DNA of 64,000 nucleotides from Desulfomonilia bacterium (lineage in GTDB: Bacteria > Desulfobacterota > Desulfomonilia > UBA1062): positions 224,001 to 288,000 of the forward strand of contig CAXXDQ010000004.1 of assembly GCA_963664325.2 (NCBI GenBank), written 5' to 3'. How positions within the stretch are numbered: position 1 is the first letter of the stretch; every line of letters starts with the position of its first letter. Position numbers and translations under genes: made by a program. Below, piece by piece: positions 1 through 10,250 of the stretch. The notes beneath the pieces were generated by a model. It saw only the letters and a program-made list of their open reading frames with translations. It was not told the origin of the DNA and searched no databases.

Positions 1-64
1 GCCCAGCAGTTTGAGGCCTATTATCTTCGGTATCGAGTCCCTGAATACGAGCGCCTTCACCGCC

Positions 65-1738
65 TTACCCCATCTTGAGCGACTGGTAGAAGAGCGGTGT
101 GGCAGGGCTTGTTGCGGTCGGGTCGGTCATCACGTTTATGCAGGCTGGTTTGCCGGACTTGAACGCGCGCTCTATGGCCGGGATGATATCCTCGTCCTTG
201 GTGACGAACTCTCCATAGCCGCCCAGACCCTCGACCATCTTCTCGTAATGCCTTGCGCCCAGTTCCGAGCAGACAAGGCGGTCACTGCCTATGGAGAGCT
301 CCTGGCTGTGCTTTATCATGCCCCAGGCGCAGTCGTTGTTGACCACGCATACTATTGGTATGTTGTGCCGGACCGCTGTATCGAACTCCATGGCGTTGAA
401 GCCGAACGATCCGTCGCCGTTCAGCAGCACGACCTTCTTGTCAGGGTTGGCGATCTTGGCGCCTATTGCGAACGGAATGCCCGTGCCCAGGCAGCCGAGC
501 AGCCCGGATGCAGTTCCGATCACGCCAGCCTTGTTCCTGGAGGTAAACCCGACCAGGCCGAAATAAACGGTGTCGCCGCCGTCGGCCATGTAGATCGCGT
601 CCTCGCCGACCGCCTTCTGTATCTGCGCCACGAGGCGTATTGGGTGTATGGGATCGGACGGGGCATTGCGCAGCTTGAGCTCGCTTTCAATGAATGCATG
701 ACTCGCCGCACGCAGGTCCGAGACCCACGAATCGTGGTTCTTCTTCTTTACCGTTCGCGCCAGCTGGTCCAGGACGGAAGCCGCATCGCCCACGAGGCCG
801 ACGTCGGCCTGCCGGTTGCGGTCGATCTCGACCGGATCGATGTCGATGCGCACCACCTTGACATTGGGCGGAATGACCTGGCCGGACTGGAGAAGCCAGT
901 TGAATCGTACGCCCGTTGCGACAAGGACGTCGGTCTGGCCGATACCCAGCAGGAGCCCGGTATTCCCGACGTCCCATATCGAAAGCGGATGATTGTCGGG
1001 CAGCTCGCCCCGCCCGAAGTTCATTATTATGAAAGGCATGCCGGTCTTCTCGATAAATCGCCCCAGGGCGTCTGATGCATTGCTGAACCGGAGTCCGCTT
1101 CCGCCAAGGAACAGTGGCCTTTTGGCCTTATCTATGATTTCGGCCGCTTCCCTTATAGCAGAATCATCCGGCCGCACTGAAAACTTCCGCATCTTGTGCG
1201 GGGGCATAAAGACGTCCTTTATCGCTATCTTTACGTTGAGGATATCGGGCGGAAGCTCCAGGAAGACCGGGCCGGGTCTGCCCTCCTCCGCATGCCTGAA
1301 CGCCATGGCCAGGTATTCGGGAATGCGCTTCGTCTCGTGGCAGGTGGCGCACCATTTCACTATCGGCTTTACGATGTCGAGCTGGTTAATCTCCTGCAGC
1401 GCGCCCTTAAGGTCGTCCCTGAGCGGGTGCTTTCCGCACAGCACCACAAGTGGGGCGTTATCCAGGCATGCGTTTGCAATGCCTGTTATCGCGTTGGTGA
1501 ATCCCGGTCCTGCCGTAACGAGGCACACACCCGTCTTGCCCGTATAAAGCGACCACGCCTCGGCCATCATGGCAGCAGCCTGCTCGTGGCGCACGTCGAT
1601 GGTGCGGAGCCTGTATTCGGTAAAACCGTCCAGAATCTGTTCGATATGCCCGCCGGAAAGGGCGAACACCGTATCTATATTTTCGATCTCTTTAAGGTAT
1701 TTGGCAACCAGATGGCCGCCCGGTATCATCTGTGTCAT
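65..1738 (-). CDS. Thiamine pyrophosphate-dependent enzyme (acetolactate synthase-like / 2-hydroxyacyl-CoA lyase family)
   Basis: 557 aa; VRHEQAAAMMA, TAGPGFTN and the TPP-binding motif GDGSFGF...NN. Confidence 0.88.
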   Translation of the reverse strand: MTQMIPGGHLVAKYLKEIENIDTVFALSGGHIEQILDGFTEYRLRTIDVRHEQAAAMMAEAWSLYTGKTGVCLVTAGPGFTNAITGIANACLDNAPLVVLCGKHPLRDDLKGALQEINQLDIVKPIVKWCATCHETKRIPEYLAMAFRHAEEGRPGPVFLELPPDILNVKIAIKDVFMPPHKMRKFSVRPDDSAIREAAEIIDKAKRPLFLGGSGLRFSNASDALGRFIEKTGMPFIIMNFGRGELPDNHPLSIWDVGNTGLLLGIGQTDVLVATGVRFNWLLQSGQVIPPNVKVVRIDIDPVEIDRNRQADVGLVGDAASVLDQLARTVKKKNHDSWVSDLRAASHAFIESELKLRNAPSDPIHPIRLVAQIQKAVGEDAIYMADGGDTVYFGLVGFTSRNKAGVIGTASGLLGCLGTGIPFAIGAKIANPDKKVVLLNGDGSFGFNAMEFDTAVRHNIPIVCVVNNDCAWGMIKHSQELSIGSDRLVCSELGARHYEKMVEGLGGYGEFVTKDEDIIPAIERAFKSGKPACINVMTDPTATSPATPLFYQSLKMG

Positions 1739-1800
1739 TGATTTCCTCCTCTTTTGGTTCTTGAGCTTTTATACATTTCGATGCGCCGTGATCAGCCTGA

Positions 1801-2166
1801 TCATGTGAGCTTAACGCCGTCGTTGAACCACTGGATGTAGTAGGCCATGCCTTCCACCCTGATCTTGCCCTTGGCCGCGGCCTTGAACGTCGCCTTGTCG
1901 CTGCCCGAGATCATGACCTTGAGCGCGGTGGGGACGTCCGACCAAACGAGCGCGGCATCGCAGGCATGATTTGCTCCTGCTCGCGAGGTCACCTTGCCCC
2001 TGTCAAAAATAAAAAGCCGCCCGCGTTTTCCGTCCGCCGTTTTTATAAGGATTTTCAGGCGAATGGTTCCGATATAACCCTGAAATGCAGGATTGTTCCG
2101 GGATGCCAGCCAGAGTTTCAGATAGAGGACAAACAAAAGCGCTGAAAGGGGCATATATACCTCCAA
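1801..2166 (-). CDS. Small SCP2 sterol-binding-domain-like protein
   Basis: 121 aa; C-terminal 'FKAAAKGKIRVEG' resembles the SCP2 fold; co-oriented with neighbours. Confidence 0.5.
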   Translation of the reverse strand: MEVYMPLSALLFVLYLKLWLASRNNPAFQGYIGTIRLKILIKTADGKRGRLFIFDRGKVTSRAGANHACDAALVWSDVPTALKVMISGSDKATFKAAAKGKIRVEGMAYYIQWFNDGVKLT

Positions 2167-2221
2167 TTTTTAGTAGTCTGGTCTAAGGCCGGCCGTTTTG
2201 AAAAACGGTTTTCCGGCCGGT

Positions 2222-3232
2222 TTAATTCCTTATGCCGTAGTGTTCCTTCACCCAGGGGCCGATTTTGAGCATGGCATCGGGATAAGAGACCGTTGTCTTC
2301 CATCCCAGCTCCTCTTTGGCAAGCGAATTGTCGACATCCATATCACGCCCCATGATGTCGACCGACATGCGAGTAATGGGCGGACGGATGCCAAGGGGAG
2401 TGAAGACCATGTCGCACACCCACGCAACCGCCCTGGCCATGCGATAGGGGATGGCAGGCCCCGGCTTCTTTCCTATGAGCGCCCCCAGATCGGTAACATA
2501 CCGCTTCCAGGTAACATCCCAGTCGTCGCGCAGCTGATAGATTTTGCCTCTGGCGATATCCTTTGTCCCTGCGAGAATGATTCCATCTACCAGGTTGTCT
2601 ACATAGATCAGGCTGGCGCTGTAGCGGCCACCGTCAAAGAGCGGCACGGGCATGCTCAGCATTCTATCCACGATATCACGCACCCAGACGCTGCCCGGGC
2701 CGGTAACGTTGGCGGGACGTATTATGGTGCACGCGATCCTGCCTGCATTGTGGGCCCTCATCACGAGCCCTTCAGCATCGAGCTTGGCGTCGCCATAGGG
2801 CAGTCCGCATTTTACGGGCGTATCGCATTCTCTGAAACCCTTTATATGGCGTGCAAAGCCGATTGCGGCAATTGAGCTGATATAGACAAAACGGGAGGCA
2901 TGGCCGATGGAGGCTTCCAGAATATGCCCGGTGGCGTCAAAGATGGCCGTGTAAAAAAGCTCTTTTCTGCCCCAGTCCGTGACGCGGCCTGCAAGGTGAA
3001 AGACCGTGTCAATTCCGTCGCATATTCCCCCAAGCGTTCCGGGCTGCAGGAGGTCGCCGCGCCTTACATCGCAGCCGAGCTTTTCCAGCTCCTCAGTATT
3101 TTCACCCGGCAGCGCCAGCGCCCGTACCGTATGGCCCTCTTTGAGCAATTCCCTTGTAAGGACTGAACCGATAAACCCTGTCGCCCCGGTAACCAACGAT
3201 CTCATACTCACCTCTCGGAAGTTTTCTGGCAA
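2222..3232 (-). CDS. NAD-dependent epimerase/dehydratase (extended SDR, 3-beta-HSD-like)
   Basis: VTGATGFIG, VFHLAG, YxxxK (YGDAK), RPANVTGPG. Confidence 0.88.
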   Translation of the reverse strand: MPENFREVSMRSLVTGATGFIGSVLTRELLKEGHTVRALALPGENTEELEKLGCDVRRGDLLQPGTLGGICDGIDTVFHLAGRVTDWGRKELFYTAIFDATGHILEASIGHASRFVYISSIAAIGFARHIKGFRECDTPVKCGLPYGDAKLDAEGLVMRAHNAGRIACTIIRPANVTGPGSVWVRDIVDRMLSMPVPLFDGGRYSASLIYVDNLVDGIILAGTKDIARGKIYQLRDDWDVTWKRYVTDLGALIGKKPGPAIPYRMARAVAWVCDMVFTPLGIRPPITRMSVDIMGRDMDVDNSLAKEELGWKTTVSYPDAMLKIGPWVKEHYGIRN

Positions 3233-3422
3233 AGGGCATTATCCCACAGAGGGGCCTGGCTTACAAGCAAATGATTCCACGAGCCCGGGCATATATCCTT
3301 AATATTTCAAAGCCCTTCGAAAACATTTCATAAACGGTCTTCGCGCCTAAATATAATCTTTTATCTCATCATGAATGATGTTAATTTGCTTCTCATCAGA
3401 ATAAATTCCCCGGGAGCGGACA

Positions 3423-4712
3423 ATGAAGATTGCTGTAAGAGGCGCTTACATAGTGGAGAATGTGAACAAGATTTCGACAAACGGGTACGTGCTCATCGAG
3501 GACGGTAAAATTTCCGGCGTTACAAGCAAGTTGCCTGAAGGCGAATTCGAGGTGGTCGGCGGCAGGCACGATATTGTCATGCCCGGCCTTGTCAACGCGC
3601 ACACGCATGCCGCTATGACTCTCTTCAGGGGCATCGGGGATGACATGAAGCTGGAAGTGTGGTGGAACAAATACATGTTCCCGCTTGAAAAGAGGTTCGT
3701 GGACGAGGATTTCGAGTACCTGGGCATGATGCTCGCCTGCATCGAGATGATAAGGAGCGGAACGACCGCGTTCTGCGACGGCTACTTCTTCTCTGATGCC
3801 GGCGCAAAGGCAGTCAAGCAGGCAGGGCTCAGGGCATGGATCGGAGATGTCATCAGCATATACCCGACGCCTTCGGTGAAGGACCCGGCAGCGGCGTTCG
3901 AGACAACCGAGGGGATCATTTCAAGGTGGAAGGACGATGACATGGTGAAACCCACGGTCTTTCCACATGCAGTGTATACCAACGATCTGGAATATCTCGG
4001 GAAGGCCCACGAGCTGGCCTGCAAGCACGATGTAATACTGCAGACGCACATAAGTGAAACAGACCACGAGGTGAGGGAATGCAGGAAAAGGTTCGGCATG
4101 TCGCCCGTAAAAGCGTACGACAGCGTAGGATGCCTCTCCGACAGGGTGGTTGCCGCACACTGCGTGGCTGTTGACGACGAGGATATAAGCATTCTCGCGG
4201 ATAGAAAAGTGACGGTAGCGCATTGCGCAAAGAGCAACAAGAAGCTGGCCTCGGGGATCGCTCCCGTGGATAAAATGATGAAGGCGGGCGTCAGAATAGC
4301 GATAGGTACGGACGGCTGCGCCAGCAACAACAATCTTGACATGTTCAGCGAGATGTCCACGGCGGCGAAGCTCCACAAGGTCAGGAACCTCGATCCCACC
4401 GTCATGAGGGCCCACGATGTGCTCGAGATGGCGACAGTGAACGGCGCCCGCATGTTCAGGATAAAAAACGGAGGAAGGATCGAAAAGGGAAGCCCTGCGG
4501 ACATCATCGTTCTCGACGGAAATGCACCGAACCTGGTCCCTGTCTACAACCCGGTTTCGCATGCCATCTATGCCGCGCACGGTACGAACGTGAAGGACAC
4601 GATAATTGCGGGCAGGGTGGTGATGAAGAACTTCAAATGCCTGACCATCGACGAAAAGGCGGTCATCAGGGAATGCCGCAGGTTGCAGAAGAAGATCGCA
4701 AAAAATATTTGA
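3423..4712 (+). CDS. Amidohydrolase, MTA/SAH deaminase (MtaD-like), paralog 1
   Basis: PGLVNAHTH, HISET, AAHCV, GTDGCASNNNLDM motifs. Confidence 0.85.
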   Translation: MKIAVRGAYIVENVNKISTNGYVLIEDGKISGVTSKLPEGEFEVVGGRHDIVMPGLVNAHTHAAMTLFRGIGDDMKLEVWWNKYMFPLEKRFVDEDFEYLGMMLACIEMIRSGTTAFCDGYFFSDAGAKAVKQAGLRAWIGDVISIYPTPSVKDPAAAFETTEGIISRWKDDDMVKPTVFPHAVYTNDLEYLGKAHELACKHDVILQTHISETDHEVRECRKRFGMSPVKAYDSVGCLSDRVVAAHCVAVDDEDISILADRKVTVAHCAKSNKKLASGIAPVDKMMKAGVRIAIGTDGCASNNNLDMFSEMSTAAKLHKVRNLDPTVMRAHDVLEMATVNGARMFRIKNGGRIEKGSPADIIVLDGNAPNLVPVYNPVSHAIYAAHGTNVKDTIIAGRVVMKNFKCLTIDEKAVIRECRRLQKKIAKNI

Positions 4713-4735
4713 CGATCTGAAGAGGAGTTCAATCC

Positions 4736-6034
4736 TTGAAAAGGCTGGCCGTTAAAGGGGCGTACATAATCAGGGAGCCGTCGGATTTCATAAAAGACGG
4801 TTACGTAATCGTGGATGGCGGTACGGTAACAGACATAACGACCGGACTGCCCGAAGGCGATTTCGAAATTATCGGCGGCGCCCATGATATAGTAATGCCC
4901 GGGCTCATCAATACACACGGCCATGCGCCCATGTCTTTATTGAGAGGTGTGGCCGATGACCTCAGGCTCGAGGACTGGCTCTTCAACCACATATTCCCGC
5001 TTGAGGCGAAATTTGCGGATACGGAATTCGTATATCTGGGCACGATGCTCTCGTGTCTTGAAATGATCCAGACAGGTACCACTGCCTTTGCCGACGGGTA
5101 CATGCTTTCGGATTATGTCGGAAAAGCGGCCGTGGAAGCAGGAATGAGGGCCTGGCTGGGCGAAGGTCTTATGAAATTTCCGACAAAATTCATTAAAGAC
5201 CCGGCAAAGGCCTTTGACAAACTTGAAGAATATGTTCTCGGATGGAAAAGTAACCCTTTCATCAGGCCGACCGTGTTCGCCCATTCGGTCTATAGCTGCG
5301 AACCCGCCCAGCTTCAAAGGCTTCAGGATTTCATAATAAAAAACGATATACTGATGCAAATTCACGTGAGCGAGACCGAAACAGAAGTTCGAAACTGCAT
5401 CAAGGAGCACGGCGTCACGCCCGTAGGACTTCTCGACAGACTGGGCTGCCTTTCGGATCGCATGATAGCCGTTCATTGCGTGGCGGTCGACGACAGCGAC
5501 ATTAAAATGCTGGCAAAGGCCGGGGTGTCCGTGGCCCACTGCCCGAGGAGCAACAAGAAGCTTGCTTCCGGTATAGCCCCGGTTGAAAAGATGGAAAAGG
5601 CCGGAATAAACGTCAGCCTGGGCACCGACGGCTGCGCCTCCAACAACAACCTGGACATGTTCCAGGAAATGTCAACGGCTGCAAAGCTCCACAAGGTGGA
5701 CAGCCTTGACCCGACCGTGCTCGGTGCTGCGGATGTGCTCCGGATGGCAACGCTGAACGCCGCAAAGGCTCTCCGGTTCGAAAAGGGCGGAAAGATTGAA
5801 AAGGGCGGTCCGGCCGACATCATAGTCCTGAACGGCAACGCGTCAAACCTGGTCCCTGTCTATAACCCTGTTTCGCATACGGTTTATGCTGCGCACGGCC
5901 TGAATGTAAAGCACTCGGTAATCGCAGGAAAGGTCGTAATGAAGGACTATAAATGCCTCACGATCGATGAAGGCGCGCTCATCGCAGAATGCCGCAAGGT
6001 AAGCGATAAAATTGCCGCGTATAGAAAACTCTGA
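4736..6034 (+). CDS. Amidohydrolase, MTA/SAH deaminase (MtaD-like), paralog 2
   Basis: PGLINTHGH, HVSET, GTDGCASNNNLDM; collinear with the upstream paralog; TTG start after GAGGAG. Confidence 0.85.
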   Translation: MKRLAVKGAYIIREPSDFIKDGYVIVDGGTVTDITTGLPEGDFEIIGGAHDIVMPGLINTHGHAPMSLLRGVADDLRLEDWLFNHIFPLEAKFADTEFVYLGTMLSCLEMIQTGTTAFADGYMLSDYVGKAAVEAGMRAWLGEGLMKFPTKFIKDPAKAFDKLEEYVLGWKSNPFIRPTVFAHSVYSCEPAQLQRLQDFIIKNDILMQIHVSETETEVRNCIKEHGVTPVGLLDRLGCLSDRMIAVHCVAVDDSDIKMLAKAGVSVAHCPRSNKKLASGIAPVEKMEKAGINVSLGTDGCASNNNLDMFQEMSTAAKLHKVDSLDPTVLGAADVLRMATLNAAKALRFEKGGKIEKGGPADIIVLNGNASNLVPVYNPVSHTVYAAHGLNVKHSVIAGKVVMKDYKCLTIDEGALIAECRKVSDKIAAYRKL

Positions 6035-6173
6035 TCTTTCAGGCGCGTTTATATTTTACAACAACCACGGATAAGCCAATCCGGATTGTTCATCATCAAT
6101 TGCATTCTTTAATCTGTCAATTGCAGTTGCTGATTTCTCCGGATTATTATTCCGTGTACGTACGAACTGACAC

Positions 6174-6416
6174 CTAAAATCCGTTTCCTGATTTATCACA
6201 ACTACTCGAAGCAAGGTTTCCATCTGCTAAACATCCGTCACCTCCGGCGGAATTACCTGAAGAATCACAACCTGTACCGCCGGCAGAATTGCCTGTTGAA
6301 CAGAATGATGAATCGCCGCTGCCGGGGCCATAACAATCACCTTTTCCTTGATTATAATCATTCAAGTTATATGCATATGGTTTTTCATATACAGGCTTTT
6401 GGTTCTTTTCTTCCAC
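6174..6416 (-). CDS. 80-aa Cys/Gly/Ser-rich repeat peptide, putative RiPP precursor
   Basis: GTG start after RBS GAGGAGAGG; leader with YEKP; five Cys spaced 11/11/12/11 in C-x2-3-G-[NS] units. Confidence 0.7.
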   Translation of the reverse strand: MEEKNQKPVYEKPYAYNLNDYNQGKGDCYGPGSGDSSFCSTGNSAGGTGCDSSGNSAGGDGCLADGNLASSSCDKSGNGF

Positions 6417-6610
6417 TATCCTCTCCTCAGGAAACGTTTTTATTATGTTATCAAAATTACACGGTGTAATCAATACATCCAGCTCATACAAGGGCACAGA
6501 GTCTGTCACTGAATGCGCGGTAGCTTGCCTCCTGCTTTTCAATGGCCGAAGTTGCCGTACTCTGCGGGCAATGACTCTGAAACCCTCGCCCTCTTCGATA
6601 TTTAAAGCGG

Positions 6611-8254
6611 CTATTCCCACATATCCGGCATGCCGAAGAAGTAATTGCTCGCACCGATATTCTCGACCGACGTGCCGCTGAACTCCAGGGCATAACTGTC
6701 TGCAATCCCCGATGTGTCCGGTTCGGTGTAGGGATCGGAGAGAAAATCAAAAAGGATGCCGACGCCGATATTCTCAGCCGCAGGCGTGATCCTGCCTTTT
6801 TCAGGGGAAAGGAAAACCACGCCGTGCGCCGCCCAGGGGATAGTGATGAAATACTGGTAAGGTCTGTTCAGGTATTGCCTTGCCCCCAGCGCAAGGGTGA
6901 GCGGTGTGTGTCCGTCTACCGTGCTGTTCATCATGAGTACAGGCCGGCTGTAATCAGGCCTTACGCCGATATAGTGGTCTATGTATGCAGGCCATGTTGT
7001 CCTGTCATATCCGATTCCCGCAATAACAGGGACAAGGTCCTCCGAAAGATAGGCGGCATCGGCAATCGTCTGGGCGGCCCAGGGCGAGATGCCGTTGTAA
7101 AGCTCGGAATTTGTGATGTTGGTGAAAAGCACCGAGGAGTAGAGCTTGTCCGCAGGTCTGAACTCTTCACCTGCGGCGTCTGACTCAACCAGGTCCGGAA
7201 AAAGATGGCCTATAGCGGCCTTATCGCTGTCGCTGCAGCGGTTAAGCCGGTAAATTACAGCCGGAACAAGAGCCCTGGTGTAAACTCCGTTTGCCAGGTA
7301 GGCGAGTTTTCCCCGCAAAGCCTTCCTTGAAATGCCTGCAAAATCCCCGCAGAGCTGTCCGCCGTCTATCTTCGTAAAAACTGCGGCCATTGCGTCCCAT
7401 GGATCAGGGGCGATACCGGAGAGCTTCGAGCTGCATGTGGCGTCGTTCGAGCACTGCTCCATGATCTGCATGCCTTCGTTGTTGAATTCGCTGTCATAGA
7501 CATCGAGCGGCTTTGAATCCGAGGGCACTATGGAATCGATTATCGTGCCGTCAACGCTGTCAGGATAAAGTGTCATAAAGCGCTGCACCAGATACGTGCC
7601 GTATGACACGCCGTATACGAAAACCTTGCCCTGACCCCTTGTAAGAGCAATCGCTGTCATGAGGTCCTTTGCAGCATTCGTTACGTTGAAATCGTCAAGG
7701 TCTCCTCCGATCAGACTCAAAACTTCGCTGCGGCATGCTGCTGCATTTTCAGGCGTCACGCCACCGTCAGGCGCCGCCTGCGGGCATTCCAGGCAGTTTG
7801 AGTTGCCGGTCCCCCTGTGGTCCATGGAATAATAATCCCATTCAGGATGCGCTGCGGCCAGAGGCGGCAGGAGATTGCCGAATGCAACGCTGGAGTCTCC
7901 GGGACCCCCCTGGAGAAACCATACCTGCCCTTTTTTCCGGTCATCCGGCAAAGAGCCTTTGATCCGCCAGATGAAGACATCGATCGTGCCTCCATAAGGT
8001 TTCTCATAATCCTTGGGCACGGTCACGAATGCACACTCTGCATCGCTGGATGTGTTTATGTAGTCAGGGCATGCGCCCCAGACGACTTCGGCCTGGTTTG
8101 TCTGGCTTGTCTGGTTTTCCGAAGATGAACTGCAGCCTGAAGCTGTCATGACGGTTGTATACATAACCATTAAAAATATCAGCGGCCCGAAGTTCAGCGC
8201 CGGTTTCTTCATGGATACCCCCTCTGTTATATATTTATACCTATCGTTTTTCAT
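6611..8254 (-). CDS. Alpha/beta-hydrolase lipoprotein, TAP-like peptidase
   Basis: Lipobox-like ASGC; LQGGPG, DHRGTG, GVSYG nucleophile elbow, C-terminal D...H. Confidence 0.8.
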   Translation of the reverse strand: MKNDRYKYITEGVSMKKPALNFGPLIFLMVMYTTVMTASGCSSSSENQTSQTNQAEVVWGACPDYINTSSDAECAFVTVPKDYEKPYGGTIDVFIWRIKGSLPDDRKKGQVWFLQGGPGDSSVAFGNLLPPLAAAHPEWDYYSMDHRGTGNSNCLECPQAAPDGGVTPENAAACRSEVLSLIGGDLDDFNVTNAAKDLMTAIALTRGQGKVFVYGVSYGTYLVQRFMTLYPDSVDGTIIDSIVPSDSKPLDVYDSEFNNEGMQIMEQCSNDATCSSKLSGIAPDPWDAMAAVFTKIDGGQLCGDFAGISRKALRGKLAYLANGVYTRALVPAVIYRLNRCSDSDKAAIGHLFPDLVESDAAGEEFRPADKLYSSVLFTNITNSELYNGISPWAAQTIADAAYLSEDLVPVIAGIGYDRTTWPAYIDHYIGVRPDYSRPVLMMNSTVDGHTPLTLALGARQYLNRPYQYFITIPWAAHGVVFLSPEKGRITPAAENIGVGILFDFLSDPYTEPDTSGIADSYALEFSGTSVENIGASNYFFGMPDMWE

Positions 8255-8594
8255 GCGTAATTCCTTAACATCTCCCCACCGTTGAGTTCCAACATGGGGA
8301 AAAAGAGAAGATTATTTTAAATGAGAGTTGAGTCATTTTCTTCAGCCACAGGACTAACGGTTACTATGAAGAGCCTCCCCCTTGGGGGTGCTGAGAAACT
8401 GAATGTCACCATATGTCATATGCGCTGATAGAACTGATTTGCAGATTCCACATAATGTCATGCAATCTTAATTTACCGTCAATGTGCATGCAGAGATACA
8501 AATTATAACGGCCCTGTCTCAGGTTTCTTTTCTTTTTTCAGATACAGCCCGGCCTGTAGTTTCCGTTACAAAACCCTGTTTACGCCCCTGCTAT

Positions 8595-10118
8595 TTATTG
8601 ATCAAGCATACCGCCACGGAGGCGGTAATATCTGGAAACCGATGAAACAGCGCGAAGCGCGTTTTTCACATCGTCAAATACAGGCATGCCTGCATCGGTG
8701 AACAGGCGGCGGGCCTCTCGGATGACCTCTTCGATCTCGATGGCGTCCTCCTCCTGCTTGTAGTTCGGCAGAACCAGCACAACAGGCTTTCCTCCCTTTT
8801 CGGCGGCATCCCGGCACGCTTCTGCGAATTCCTTGCACGGGGTCACGTCGCGGAGTCTGCCCGCGCCCATGGCGTTCTTAAGCGACTTGTAATGATAAAG
8901 GAGCATGATCACGATGTGAATGTCCACATTCTCGTCTCTCGCGGCGTTCATCAGGGCTTCCCTGATGCTTCCGGGCCCGACGAGGGGGTTCGCTACATCA
9001 ACGGGATTTGCGGCGCTGGAGCCGGGTCTGGGCAAAACCTTCAATATCTCATCCTGCAGGTCCTCCCTCAGCCTCGGCACGGCCAGGCCGAAAGATTCCG
9101 CCGCGTCGGCGGCCGCTATGCCCAGGGCCCCGCCCCCGCCCACGATACAGCATCCCGTATACTCGCGTTCAGGCAGCATGGAAAACGCCAGCGCCGCATC
9201 GCTCATCTCCTCCAGGTTCTCCACCAGGGTTGCGCGGCTTTGTCTGAGGGCCACCTCCCAGATGATCCTCTGTCCGCCGAGCGAGGCCGTGTGGCTTGCC
9301 GCCGCTCTGCTTCCTGATTCGGAAAGTCCGCCCTTTATCACGATGACAGGCTTGATTGCTGCCGTTTCCTTGAGCGCGGAAAAAAACGCGCGGCCGTTTG
9401 AGACCCCTTCGATATACATGCAGACCACTTTGGTCTCGCTGTCACGGCGCAGGTATTTCAGCATTTCGGTTTCCCTGAGGTCGCAGCCGTTTCCAAAACT
9501 TACGACCTTGGAAAATTTAAAACCCCGCCACTTTCCCATATGGCCGAAATCTACCGAAAGGCCGCCGCTCTGCGATAAAAATGCCACACCGCCGGTTTCC
9601 CTTGAAAGGTCGGGGCCGGGCAACATGGTGAGTCCCGATTTCGGGCAGTAGATACCGAAGCAGTTGGGTCCGATCACCCTGATCCCCTTTTCCGATACCG
9701 CGCGTAACCCCTCTTCGAGTGCCGTCCCTTCCCTTGTGCCTATCTCGCTGAATCCGGATGAAAGTATCTCGGCGGCCACGGCGCCCTTTTTCCGGCAGGC
9801 GTCGAGCGCCTCGGAGACGAACTGTGCGGGCACCGCGATTATGGCGAAATCGATCTTGTCCGGTATGGCCTCAACGGAAGGGTAAACGGTCATTCCACCG
9901 ACAGAGCCGCCCCGCCTGTTCACGGGATAAATCTTCCCGGCAAAGCCTATCGAGAGAAGTGAAAGCATAATGCCCCGGCCGAAACCGAATCCTTCCGTGG
10001 AGACCCCGACAATTGCAACACTCCCCGGGGAGAACATCCTTTCAAAATCCTCGAACTCTTCCGGCGCTGTCCGCGTAGCTAAAACATCCTCTCTGCCCAT
10101 AAGTATTTCACCTTTCAA
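8595..10118 (-). CDS. Acyl-CoA synthetase (NDP-forming), CoA-binding subunit
   Basis: IGPNCFG, SQSGG, SFGNGCD, SHT phospho-His, NPVD. Confidence 0.87.
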   Translation of the reverse strand: MKGEILMGREDVLATRTAPEEFEDFERMFSPGSVAIVGVSTEGFGFGRGIMLSLLSIGFAGKIYPVNRRGGSVGGMTVYPSVEAIPDKIDFAIIAVPAQFVSEALDACRKKGAVAAEILSSGFSEIGTREGTALEEGLRAVSEKGIRVIGPNCFGIYCPKSGLTMLPGPDLSRETGGVAFLSQSGGLSVDFGHMGKWRGFKFSKVVSFGNGCDLRETEMLKYLRRDSETKVVCMYIEGVSNGRAFFSALKETAAIKPVIVIKGGLSESGSRAAASHTASLGGQRIIWEVALRQSRATLVENLEEMSDAALAFSMLPEREYTGCCIVGGGGALGIAAADAAESFGLAVPRLREDLQDEILKVLPRPGSSAANPVDVANPLVGPGSIREALMNAARDENVDIHIVIMLLYHYKSLKNAMGAGRLRDVTPCKEFAEACRDAAEKGGKPVVLVLPNYKQEEDAIEIEEVIREARRLFTDAGMPVFDDVKNALRAVSSVSRYYRLRGGMLDQ

Positions 10119-10250
10119 TCAAACTCTTCCGACTGCATTAACCGTGCAGGCTTCAATCCGTCTTTCTTTACCCGGGAACTGCCTTCAGGAAAAAAGCAAT
10201 CCGGCAGGCAAAGCCCGGGCAAGCTGAGCCGTGTACGCCGGATATCTTTT

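Noticed and set aside
11-1075. Long + strand ORF (354 aa) and similar antisense ORFs, e.g. 47254-48042 and 51302-52066
   Set aside because: Shadow frames of well-supported genes on the opposite strand, with no motifs of their own.
8255-8594. Riboswitch in the intergenic region (hairpin CCCCCTTGGGGG)
   Set aside because: No recognisable aptamer consensus; an Rfam/Infernal scan would be needed.
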